Shown in pieces: positions 29,652-39,244 of a DNA stretch of 64,000 nucleotides. The notes under the pieces are model-generated. The model was given only the letters and a program-made list of their open reading frames with translations. It did no database searches and was not told the DNA's origin. Source of the DNA: an uncultured Chloroflexia bacterium. GTDB lineage: Bacteria; Chloroflexota; Limnocylindria; Limnocylindrales; CSP1-4. The stretch's first letter is position 1. The number at the start of each line of letters is the position of its first letter. The stretch covers positions 96,001-160,000 of the forward strand of contig CAVTHS010000014.1 in assembly GCA_963734535.1 (NCBI GenBank). Reading direction: 5' to 3'. Made by a program: the position numbers and the translations under genes.

Positions 29652-32600
29652 TCACGGGCCGGACGGCTCGGTCCCCTCGGGCACCCCTGCCTCGTCGACC
29701 AGCCGCTCCGCGGTCGCGAGGCGCCAGACCCACGCGCTGTAGGCCACGATCACGGCCGAGACGAGGACCGCGGCGAACAGCAGGACCGGCCACGGGCTGG
29801 CGAACGAGACGCTGAACGGCGGGTCCGTGTTGACGGCGAACTGGAACGGGTAGAGCCAGGACGGGAGCAGCCCCTGGTACCAGTTGAAGATGCCGTTCGG
29901 GAGCGGCAGCCCCGACCAGTTCGGGTAGAACGCGACGAACACGACGGCCGCCGCGAGGACCACGCCGACGGCGAAGCGACGCGGCGAACGCGCCGACCAT
30001 GCGAGCCACGCGATCGGTCCGAGGACCAGGAGGAGGAGGAGCGAGAGGACCTCGCCCGGGAACGCTCGGCGTCTGGACGAGCGGCGTCGCCGGGAGCAGG
30101 ACCGCGGCGGCCACCAGGCTCGCGCCGGCCACGACCCCCGTGCCCAGGATCCGACGGGAAGCTGCCCCGGCCTCGACCTGATCGGCGCCGGCCCGGATCG
30201 CCCGGTCGAGGCGCACGAGCTGCCAGACCAGCAGCCCGCCGCCGACCACGAGGACGCCGATCAGCCCGACCACCTGTGCTGAGAGCGTGAACGGCAACGC
30301 GGCCGAGGCGGAGCACGCCGGCGAGCCCGGGTTGACCTTCTCGACGCCGGCGATCGCGCACAGCGGACCCTTGCCGAGCCACATCACGACCGGCGCGAGG
30401 AGCGCCGCGGCCGCGCCGGCGCGGGCCAGTCGCCAGGTGCGCGCCGACGGCCCGTGCCAGAGCTCGGCGACGAAGTAGGCAAGGCCCAGGACCACGAACG
30501 GCAGGGTCGTGTAGAAGTGGTACTCGAAGGTGGCGCGGTCGATCCGCGCCCACGAGATCCAGAGCCAGCCGATCATGATCGAGATGAGCGCGAGGCCCAG
30601 GCTCCGGCGCCGGTAGGCCTGCCACGCGACGAATGCGATCGCCGGGATGGCGAGCCACCAGATGACCAGGTTCCCGCCGTCGTAGATCGCGCCCGACGTG
30701 GACCCGCCGAAGCCCTGCTGGAAGAACCAGACGGGCTTGAGGTTGAGCGGCCAGCCCCACCAGGGCGAGGCGGCCGCGTGCGTCGCCCGCAGGTTGTTGT
30801 GGTAGTCGTACATCGACTTCGTGAGGTCCAGCAGGGTCTGGCCGGTGTTGCCCGGCGGGGAACGTCGCTGTCAGCCGGTTGCCCAGCGCCACCCACGGCA
30901 GGTAGAGGGCGACGTAGACCGCGGCCGGGATCGCCAGCAGGGAGACGCCCGCCCACCCGATCGGGAGGCCCCAGCGCCAGCCCGGACGGAGCCACCCATC
31001 CGGGGCGGCTGCGGGCGGATCGAGCAGCGCCGCCGGGTCGTCCGGCGCGGGCGGCGGCGCGAGCGGCCCGAAGCCGAGCCGGCCCGAGAGCCAGAAGCCG
31101 CCTGCAGCGAGCGCGGCAAGGCCGAAGCAGCCGAGCGCGAGCGCGAGGGCCGTGGTGCCGAGATGGAGCGGGATGGCCGCCAGGGCAACGAGCGCGCCGA
31201 CCCCGGCGGGGCCTGCCACGGCGACCTGGACCTCCTCCGTGGTCCACGCGATCGGATGGAGCACCGTCACCACGGCGGCGACCAGGGTGAGGGCGATCAT
31301 GATCGCGAGAAAGGCGAGGTTGCCACTCGCGGTGTCGCCGGCGGGCACCGAGACGGCCATGTACCCGAGCACGGCCGTGACGACCGCGAGACCCAGCACC
31401 ACCACCACGCGCCCGAGCGCCGACCGGACGAGGATCAGGAGGCCGATCGCCCCGATCGCGTAGAGGGCGACCCACTTCGAGGCGAGGCCAAGGCCCAGCA
31501 GGACGCCGACGAGCGGCATACCGACCCAGAATGCTCCGCGCCACTTCCAGGCGCCCGTCCAGATCGCCGCGAACAGGGTGACCGCCGCGACGATGAAGAG
31601 CGCCGCGTACGTGTCGTTCATCGCGATCCGCTGCTGGACGAAGAACATCCCGTCGAGCAGGCCGAAGACCCCCGCGAGGATCGCCACCGACCGGCGGCGG
31701 AAGAGGATTCGGGCCAGCAGGAAGAGCAGCCCGGCCATGAGCGCGCCCGCGATCACGCCCGGGAGTCGCCACGCGAACGCGTGCTGGCCGATGTCGACCG
31801 AGGCGGCCTCGCCATCGCCGCCGAACACGAGCAGCTGCTGGCGGTCCGTCGCCGGCTGATCGATGTTGACGTCCGTCGCCCAGCGTGGCGGGCTCGAACG
31901 GCAGGCGCGCGTCGGCGAAGACGCTGTTCCCGCGTGGCTCCACCGCGTAGACGGTCCAGCCGGTGCCGTCCGGCGTGCGGCCGAGAGCGTGCACGATCTG
32001 GCTCGCATCGTCGACGGTGACCCGGCTGATCGCGGCCGGCATCCAGACCGTCTGGTCGACGGACGGCGCGGTTCCGTCGGCGGGGAGCCGGATCGCGGTG
32101 AGCGACTTCCCCGTCGCCGCGTAGATCATCGGCGCGTCGAGTCCGTCGACCTTGACCAGGCCGGTGGCGCCACCCGTAATGGGGATGTCGCCGGTCACGG
32201 CCCCGCTCTGCGGGTCCACGAACGCCACGCCGCCCGCGTCGGCCACCGCCACGCGCGGCACGCCCGCGACGCTCAGCCCCGCCAGCGAACCGCCGGCGAT
32301 GGCGGCGTCGAGCTGGGCCCGCTGGTCCTTGATCGCGGTGGCGATGGTCACCCGGGGCGCGCTCGAGCGGAGCTGCTCCTCGTACGTGGCGGCCGTCCCG
32401 CCGAGGATCCGGGCAAGCTCCGCCGCCGCGCCGGCGGGATCGGTCACCGCCGCCGGATCCGCCACGAGCGCGTCGACCGTGCCCGCGTCGGCGACGTCCG
32501 CCCGGCCGGGCAGGCTGAACGAGGCGAGATGGGCGCCGCTCGTCACGTCGAGCGAGACGAGCGAGTCGCCGGGCGTCGCCGCGATGAGGGTGGCCCCGGA

Positions 32601-34740
32601 GTCGGTGAGCCAGAGGCGGTCCACCGCGCCACCGGCCGATCCGAGCGGGTCGAGGGTGACCGGGGCCGCCGCGCCCGTGTCGCCCGCCCGAAGGTCGCCG
32701 GCGCTGACGGCCGTGTCGAGGGTCAGGATGTCGCCCGACGCGGTGCCGACGTAGAGGCGGTGGCCGGTGGCGTCGAGCGCGACGGCCCGGGCGCCCGGCA
32801 GCACGAACGTTGCCAGGCGCTCGCGGGTCTGCAGGTCGAACACCCGCAGGTCCGCGCCCGTCGCCACGTAGAGCCGGTCGCCGCCCTGGCGAACGCTCCC
32901 GACGGCAACCGGGTCGACCCAGCCGCGGTTCGGTCGCGACGTCGGCGACCGGCACCCCGAGCGTGCTCGTGGCCGTCACCCGGTCGTCGCCGAACGCGAC
33001 GAGCCCGCCGGCGATCGCGTACTTGGCGAGATGCGGATGGGTGTACTCGTAGATCGCGTGGGGCTGCCCGTAGCGCCAGTCCTGCAGGAACTCGGCTGCC
33101 GTCCGCGCGTGGTAGACCTCGTCGAAGTGCATCCGCGCGGGCTCGCCCAGGCGGAACGTCCGCAGGCAGAGCGACACGACGACCAGCACGACGATGAACC
33201 AGAGGTCGAGACGGTCGAGCCTGCCGCCGCCTTCGCGATGGAGCAGGTGCGAGCGGTCGAAGCTCGCGCGGCTCGCGAGCGATCGTGCTCCCCGGGCCGC
33301 CCGGCCGAGGCCCGCCGCGAGCGCGAGCCCGCCGGCCGCCGGGAGAGCGCCCAGCTCCGGGGCCACCCGTGCATCGTCGTCGGACTCGGCCATCCGGGCG
33401 GCGGACGCGTCGGTCTCGGCCGGCGACGGGCGGACAAGGAACCACAGGCCGGCCACCAGCCCGCCGGCGTGGAGCACCGCGCTCGTCGCCACGCCGCTCC
33501 ACGAGCGCACGGCATCTCCGAGCTGGGTTCCGAGCCCTCCGAACGCGAGCAGCATCGGGGCGAGCCCCAGGTTCTCGTAGAACGGCTCGGTCAGGATGCC
33601 GTAGAGGTTCGCCGTGTTCGCCACGGCGAGGACCGCGTACAGGCCCGCCCAGCGGGGGCTCACCGCGAGCAGCACGGCCCCGAGCGCGAAGAACGGGAAG
33701 AGGTACCGCTCGTGCACGCGCGTCGGCAGGACGAAGAAGGCGATCGCGATCACGGCCAGGGCGACGAGCAGCGTGCGCCGGTCGTCGCGACGCCAGATCG
33801 TCGCGGCGAGGAACGCGATCAGGCCCAGGAGCAGACCGCTCCCGACTGCGATGGCGGGGATGCCGAACACGAGGAAGCCCGCACCGCCGTCCGGGCCGGG
33901 CGTCGTCAGGTCGCGGATCCAGGTCCCGCTCTGGGCGAGGCCGTTCCCGTCCTGCGTGACCAGGGCCCACGGGTTGAACGCGTTGACGGTCAGCCACGGG
34001 TAGCCGGCCGCAGTGTCGAGGATCTGACGGAACAGCCCCACGATGGTCAGCCCGAACGGCAGGCACAGGAGCTGGGCCGTGGCAAGCCCGACGAGCGTCG
34101 TCGACACGAGGCGGCGCGGCCCATGGCCGGGCGGCCGCGTGACCAGGTTGCGGCGCAGGATCAGGATCGCTGCGAGCGGGATCAGGATCCCGAACTGGGG
34201 CTTGATGATCGCGGCCACGGTCGTCAGGAGCGCCGCACGTTCGTCCCGCCCGCGCCACAGCTCGCGCACGGCGAGCAGCAGGACCAGCGTCCCGACCGAG
34301 TCGACCTGGGACCAGACCGCGCTGTCGAACCAGGTGACCGGGACGAACAGGACCACTGCGGCGGCGACCAGCGCCGGGCGGCGGCGGGCGCCCAGGTCGG
34401 CCGCGAGCAGGAAGACGGCGACCGCGAGCCCGAGGTCGGCGAGGATCGGGGGCAGCTTGAGCAGGGCGCCCGGGGACCCGCCGGGGAGGCCGAACAGCTG
34501 CGCGACCAGGCCCAGGCCCCACAGGACATAGAGGTAGCCGGGCGTGTAGTCGATGAAGATCGGGCGGTCGTAGATCCCGAATGGCCCGTTCCTGGCGAGC
34601 TCCACCGCCCAGCCATCGAACGAGTTGACGTCCACCTTGAACCCCGACCCGGGCAGGAGGACGTATGCGATGATGAGCCGAAGGGCGAGGCCGAGCGCGA
34701 GAAGGATGCCGAGCGGGACGGCAACGTCTCGAAGCCGCAC
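29652..34740 (-). CDS. ~1700-aa double GT-C protein: Gpi18/GT87-like domain + PMT (GT39) domain with a large inserted soluble domain; broken by four +1 frameshifts
   Basis: Segments in five successive frames: DYTPGY/WSQVDS/IKPQ/HERY; FDEVYH/EYTHPHLAK; beta-rich insert; AWRLPG/RIAMND/ASKW; YHNNL..H..ASPWWGWP/FEYHFY. Shifts at ~32925, ~31885, ~30858 and ~30058. Confidence 0.75.
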
Positions 34741-34848
34741 CCGGGCCCCCTCGCCGGCCCGCGCCCGCTCGCCCGGTGCGGGGCCAGCCAAGGGAAACGG
34801 CCTCCGTGAACGAGCGCTGAGGTGGACCGGAGTATAGCCGAGGGTTCG

Positions 34849-36229
34849 GTGCCCCTTCCCCGTCGCGCCGTCCCCGTCGCCGCCCCATCCCGTTCGACGC
34901 TCGCCGTCGGGATCGGCCTGGTCGTCGCCTGCTTCGTGCTGTACTCCCTGAGCCGGCCGGCCTGGCAGACCGTCTACAACCACTTCGTCTGGCAGGCGGA
35001 CGCGTTCCTCCACGGCGAGGCCTCCATCAGGTACCCGGTACCCGCGACCGGCACGTCGCCGGGGAACGACTTCTTCAACGACGTGGTGCGGGTGGTCGAC
35101 GCTGCCGGGAACCAGACGGGCCGCGGGATGATCCCGTTCCCGCCCCTTCCGGCCGTGATCCTCCTCCCCTTCGTCGCCATCTGGGGAATGGCCACGGACC
35201 AGGCCTTGCTGGCCGTGGTGTTCGGCGCCCTGGACGTCGGGGTCGCGTTCTGGCTCCTTGGTCGGGTGCCCATCAGGGCGGGGCTTCGCGCGGCCCTGAC
35301 GGTCTTCGTGGGGGCGGGCAGCGTCCTCTGGTATGCCTCGTCGCTGGGAACCACGTGGTTCCTCGCCCACGTCGTCGCCCTCGGGCTCACCCTCGCCGCG
35401 GTCGCGATCGCCCTGGACGCCGACGAACGGTCCACGGCTCTCGGGCGCGAGGCGGCGCGCCGGATTCCTCGACCGGCGGCAGGTGCTCGCGGGCCTCCTC
35501 CTGGGCCTCGCCGTGACGAGCCGGCTGACCGTGGCGTTCGGGGTGGTCTTCCTGGTCTTCGTCGGCGGGGGTGGCTCCTGGGTGCGGCGTGCCGCGGGCG
35601 CTGCGCTCGGCATGGCGATCCCCGTGGGTCTGCTGCTTGCCTATAACCTCGCCGTCAGCGGGACGCTCTTCAACCCGGTCTACGAGTCGCTCTACCGCTA
35701 CGAGGTCTGGGCATACCCGGACCTCAACTACCACGCCGAGTGGTCGCTCCAGGACCTCCGCTACATCCCCCAGAACCTCGGGATCATGCTCTTCGGCGCG
35801 CCGGACGTGATGCCTCCGTGCGGCACCGGCGTCCCGCGCGAGATCTGGAGCGCCGCCGGCTGCTCGTGGCTGGTCCCCCGACCAGTCGGGATGAGCCTCC
35901 TGCTCACGAGCCCGGCCTGGCTCCTGGCAGCGGCATCGGCCCCCCTCCTGCGCGACCGGCGGGTCGCGGGCGGCCTCCTCGCCACGCTCGCGATCGCGGT
36001 CGTCAACCTGATGCACTTCTCACAGGGCTGGGTCCAGTTCGGCTATCGCTTCAGCCTCGACTTCGCGCCGTTCCTGCTCATCCCGGTCGCGCTCGGCGCC
36101 GAGCGGCTGCTGGCCGGGCGCGGGCGGAGAGCCGCCGCGTGGGGCGGTGTGCTGGTCGGCGGCCTGATCGTGGCCTCGGTGGCCGTGCAGGCCTGGGGGA
36201 TCGCATGGGCCCGGACCCTGGGCTGGTGA
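34849..36229 (+). CDS. Polytopic membrane protein, probable GT-C glycosyltransferase; +1 frameshift near 35458
   Basis: YNHFVWQADAFL, PFPPLPA, TWFLAH and QFGYRFSLDF motifs, many TM segments; two overlapping ORFs join into one protein. Confidence 0.6.
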
Positions 36230-37828
36230 GCGCGGCCCGTCCGCCGGCCCCGGTCCCTCGCCCGCCGGCGGCTCGCTGGCGCAGCCCGGCACGCGTCGGC
36301 GTCCCCGTGCTCGTGGGCGTGGTCGCCTTCGCCCTCGCGCGCTCGACGCTGCTTCCCGGCCTTGCCCTGTGGGACACGGGCGAGTTCCAGGCCGTGGCCC
36401 CCGTGCTCGGCACCGCCCATCCGACGGGATATCCCAGCTACATCCTGCTGGGCTGGGTCGCGAGCCTGCTGCTCGCACCGTTCGGCGAGCCGGCGCTGCG
36501 GATGAACCTTCTCTCCGCCATCACGCTGGGCGCGGCCGCCGGACTGACGGTCGTGCTGGTCCGCGGGCTGACCGGTCGAACGCCGGTCGCAGCCGCGGCC
36601 GGGATTCTCCTTGCGCTGACCCCGATCCCGTGGCGAGTCGGGTCGTTCGCCGATCCGCACATGCTCCACCTTGCCCTGGTCGCGGCGATCCTCGTGCTGC
36701 TGGCGGGCTGGGAGTCGCGGACGCGGGGCGGCCGGCCGAACGCGGACCGCTGGCTCGTCGCTGCCGCTGCGACGTATGGCGTCGCGCTGGGCAACCAGGG
36801 GCTGACGGTCCTGCTCGCGCCTGGGATCGGCCTCTTCGTCCTCGCTGTCGAGCCTGGCGTCTGGCGGCGATCGGCACAGCTCGGCCGCTGTGTCGCGGCC
36901 CTTCTCGGCGTCGCGGTGGTCCTCTACCTGGAGCTGCCGATCCGCGCCGCGATGGGCGCGCCGCTCGTCTACGGCCACCCGGACACGTGGGGCGGGTTCT
37001 GGTACGTGGTCCTGGGACTGCAGTTCGGGGGCGCGGTCAGCGGGCCGTTCGCGGACCTCGCGGGCAAGGCTGGCGCGCTCGTCAGCCTTGCGACGGCCCA
37101 GTTCGGACCGCTGGTCGCGCTCATCCCGGCCAGCTTCCTCGTCGTCGCGATCCGCCGGCCGCGATATGCGCTCCTGACCGGCTCGTCGCTTGTCGTCACG
37201 TGCTGGTTCGCGGCGTCCTACACGAATGCCGACATCGAGCGCTACTACCTCGGCCCGATCCTCCTCGTGATCAGCTGGCTCGCCATCGCCGCTGCGGCGG
37301 TGGTCGACGGCGTCGCGGCGCAGTGGCTCATCCTCGAGGACGAGCCCGGCACGCGACGGCCGGTCGTGGCCACGATCGCGAGCCTCGTCGTGGCCGTCGC
37401 CCTGGTTGCGCCGGCCGTCCTCGCCGCCCCAGCGACCCGGCTCACCGCTGACCAGTCCACCGACACGCGGGCCGCGGACTGGAGCCGCTGGGCCTTCCGG
37501 ACGGCGGAGCCGGACGCCGTCTTCGTGACGTGGTGGGGGTACTCCACGCCGCTGTGGTACCGGCAGGTGGTCCTGGGCGAGCGGCCGGACGTCCGGGTCG
37601 TGGACGACCGGACCCGCCTCGACGCGAGCCTGGGCACCGTGGACGACGTGATCAGGGCCAACGTGGGGAGCAGGCCGGTCTATCTCGTGCGACGCGACGA
37701 GGACCTGGCCGCGCTCGAGGGCGGCTGGCAGCTGGACGTGGTGCCGGACCCGGGCGGGCTCCAGCCCCTCCTCCGCGTGGTGGGCCCGCGTTCGGCGCAG
37801 CGGCGGCCCGGGTACGATTGCGCCGTGA
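36226..37828 (+). CDS. DUF2723 (TMEM260-like) membrane glycosyltransferase
   Basis: WDTGEFQ...LGTAHPTGYP signature, YLELPIRA, ERYYL and LWY motifs; as sequenced it reads through into the GT2 gene, with a TGA in the +1 frame at 37826-37828. Confidence 0.78.
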
Positions 37829-38610
37829 GCGAAGACGCCGCCACTCTTTCCGTCGCGCCGGCGCGAGTCCCGGCGCTCTCGTACTTCTTCCCGGCCCACA
37901 ACGAGGAGGCCAACCTCGAGGGGCTGGTGGAAGAGGCGCTCGCCGCGCTGCCGGCCCTCGCGGACCGGTTCGAGATCATCATCGTGGACGACGGTTCGAA
38001 GGACCGGACCGCGCAGATCGCGGACGCGCTGGCTGCCGCCAGCCCGGACCTCGTCCGGGCCGTGCACCATCCGACGAACCTCGGCTACGGCGCAGCGCTC
38101 CGCTCGGGGTTCCGGGCCGCGCGGATGGACCTGGTCTCGTTCACCGACGGCGACCGGCAGTTCCGGGTCGCCGACCTCGGCCGGCTGACGGGCCGGCTGG
38201 CCGGCCCGGACACCCCGGACGCCGTCGTGGGGTATCGGATCCGGCGGGCCGATCCCGTGATCCGGACGCTCTACGCCCGTCTCTACCGGCTCGCGTACCG
38301 GTCGCTCTTCGGCCTCCGCATCCGGGACGTGGACTGCGCGTGCAAGCTCTTCCGGCGCGATGCGCTGGCGCGCGTCCGCGTCGAGTCCGGCGGGGCGTTC
38401 CTGTCGGCCGAGCTGCTGATCAAGGTCCGCGCTGCAGGCGGGAACGTGGTCGAGGTCGGCGTCGACCACTACCCGCGCACGGCGGGCTCGCAGACGGGGG
38501 CCAGGCCGTCCGTCATCTGGCGCGCGGTCACCGACTTCTGGGGCCTCCGCCTGCGGCTCTGGGCGAACCGCGAGCGGGCGCTTCGGCGGGGTTCCGCGAT
38601 CGTCGGCTGA
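37825..38610 (+). CDS. GT2 polyprenyl/dolichyl-phosphate sugar (mannose) synthase-like
   Basis: FPAHNEE, IVDDGSKD, NLGYGAA, TDGD, DVDCACKL and E.GV.HYPR..G motifs; TACGAT 6 nt before the GTG. Confidence 0.85.
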   Translation: MSEDAATLSVAPARVPALSYFFPAHNEEANLEGLVEEALAALPALADRFEIIIVDDGSKDRTAQIADALAAASPDLVRAVHHPTNLGYGAALRSGFRAARMDLVSFTDGDRQFRVADLGRLTGRLAGPDTPDAVVGYRIRRADPVIRTLYARLYRLAYRSLFGLRIRDVDCACKLFRRDALARVRVESGGAFLSAELLIKVRAAGGNVVEVGVDHYPRTAGSQTGARPSVIWRAVTDFWGLRLRLWANRERALRRGSAIVG

Positions 38611-38665
38611 GGGACAGCCGCCTCGCGCCGCCGGGTGTCCGCCGCCTCCGACCCGTGCCCGCGGG

Positions 38666-39205
38666 TCACTCCCTGGGCGGCCCCTCGCGGCGGTCTTCGG
38701 TCCCCGGCTCCATGTCGAGGGAGTTCACGAAGTCACGGAAGACGGAAAGCCTCGACTCGTCGATCGGGCCGCCGGCATCCTCGGTCGGGGAATGGTCGGG
38801 CACGACGCCAGCCCGGTCCAGGACCGCCTCGGCCGCGAAGATCCGGGCGCCCGTGCGAACGGCCAGCGCGAGCGCGTCCGACGGTCGCGAGTCCACCTCG
38901 ATCGGCCGGCCCCCGACCTCCAGCATCACCCGGGCGTGGAACGTCTCGTCGGCGAGGTCCGCGATGATCACCTCGCGGACGGTCGCCCCGAGGACGTCGA
39001 GGACGGTCGCGAAGAGGTCGTGGGTCAGTGGTCGCTCGGGTGACTGTCCCTGGAGCTTCATGGCGATCGCGCTCGCCTCCCAGGGCCCGATCCAGATGGG
39101 GAGGTAGCGGTCCTGCTCGAGCTCGCGCAGGATCACGACGTGCTGGGTCGACAGCATGTGGACCCGCACGCTCTCGACGGACATCTCGATCAGGCGACCG
39201 ACCAT
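38666..39205 (-). CDS. Bifunctional nuclease family protein (DUF151)
   Basis: LPIWIG..EA.AI, RPLTHDL and DSRPSDALALA motifs. Confidence 0.92.
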   Translation of the reverse strand: MVGRLIEMSVESVRVHMLSTQHVVILRELEQDRYLPIWIGPWEASAIAMKLQGQSPERPLTHDLFATVLDVLGATVREVIIADLADETFHARVMLEVGGRPIEVDSRPSDALALAVRTGARIFAAEAVLDRAGVVPDHSPTEDAGGPIDESRLSVFRDFVNSLDMEPGTEDRREGPPRE

Positions 39206-39244
39206 GGGCGGGATTATCCCACCTCGAGGTGTCGCCGCCGCGCG

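Noticed and set aside
29652-34740. Programmed frameshifting or phase variation in the PMT fusion
   Set aside because: No slippery heptamers or long homopolymers; the same +1 pattern appears in yidC and rhaB
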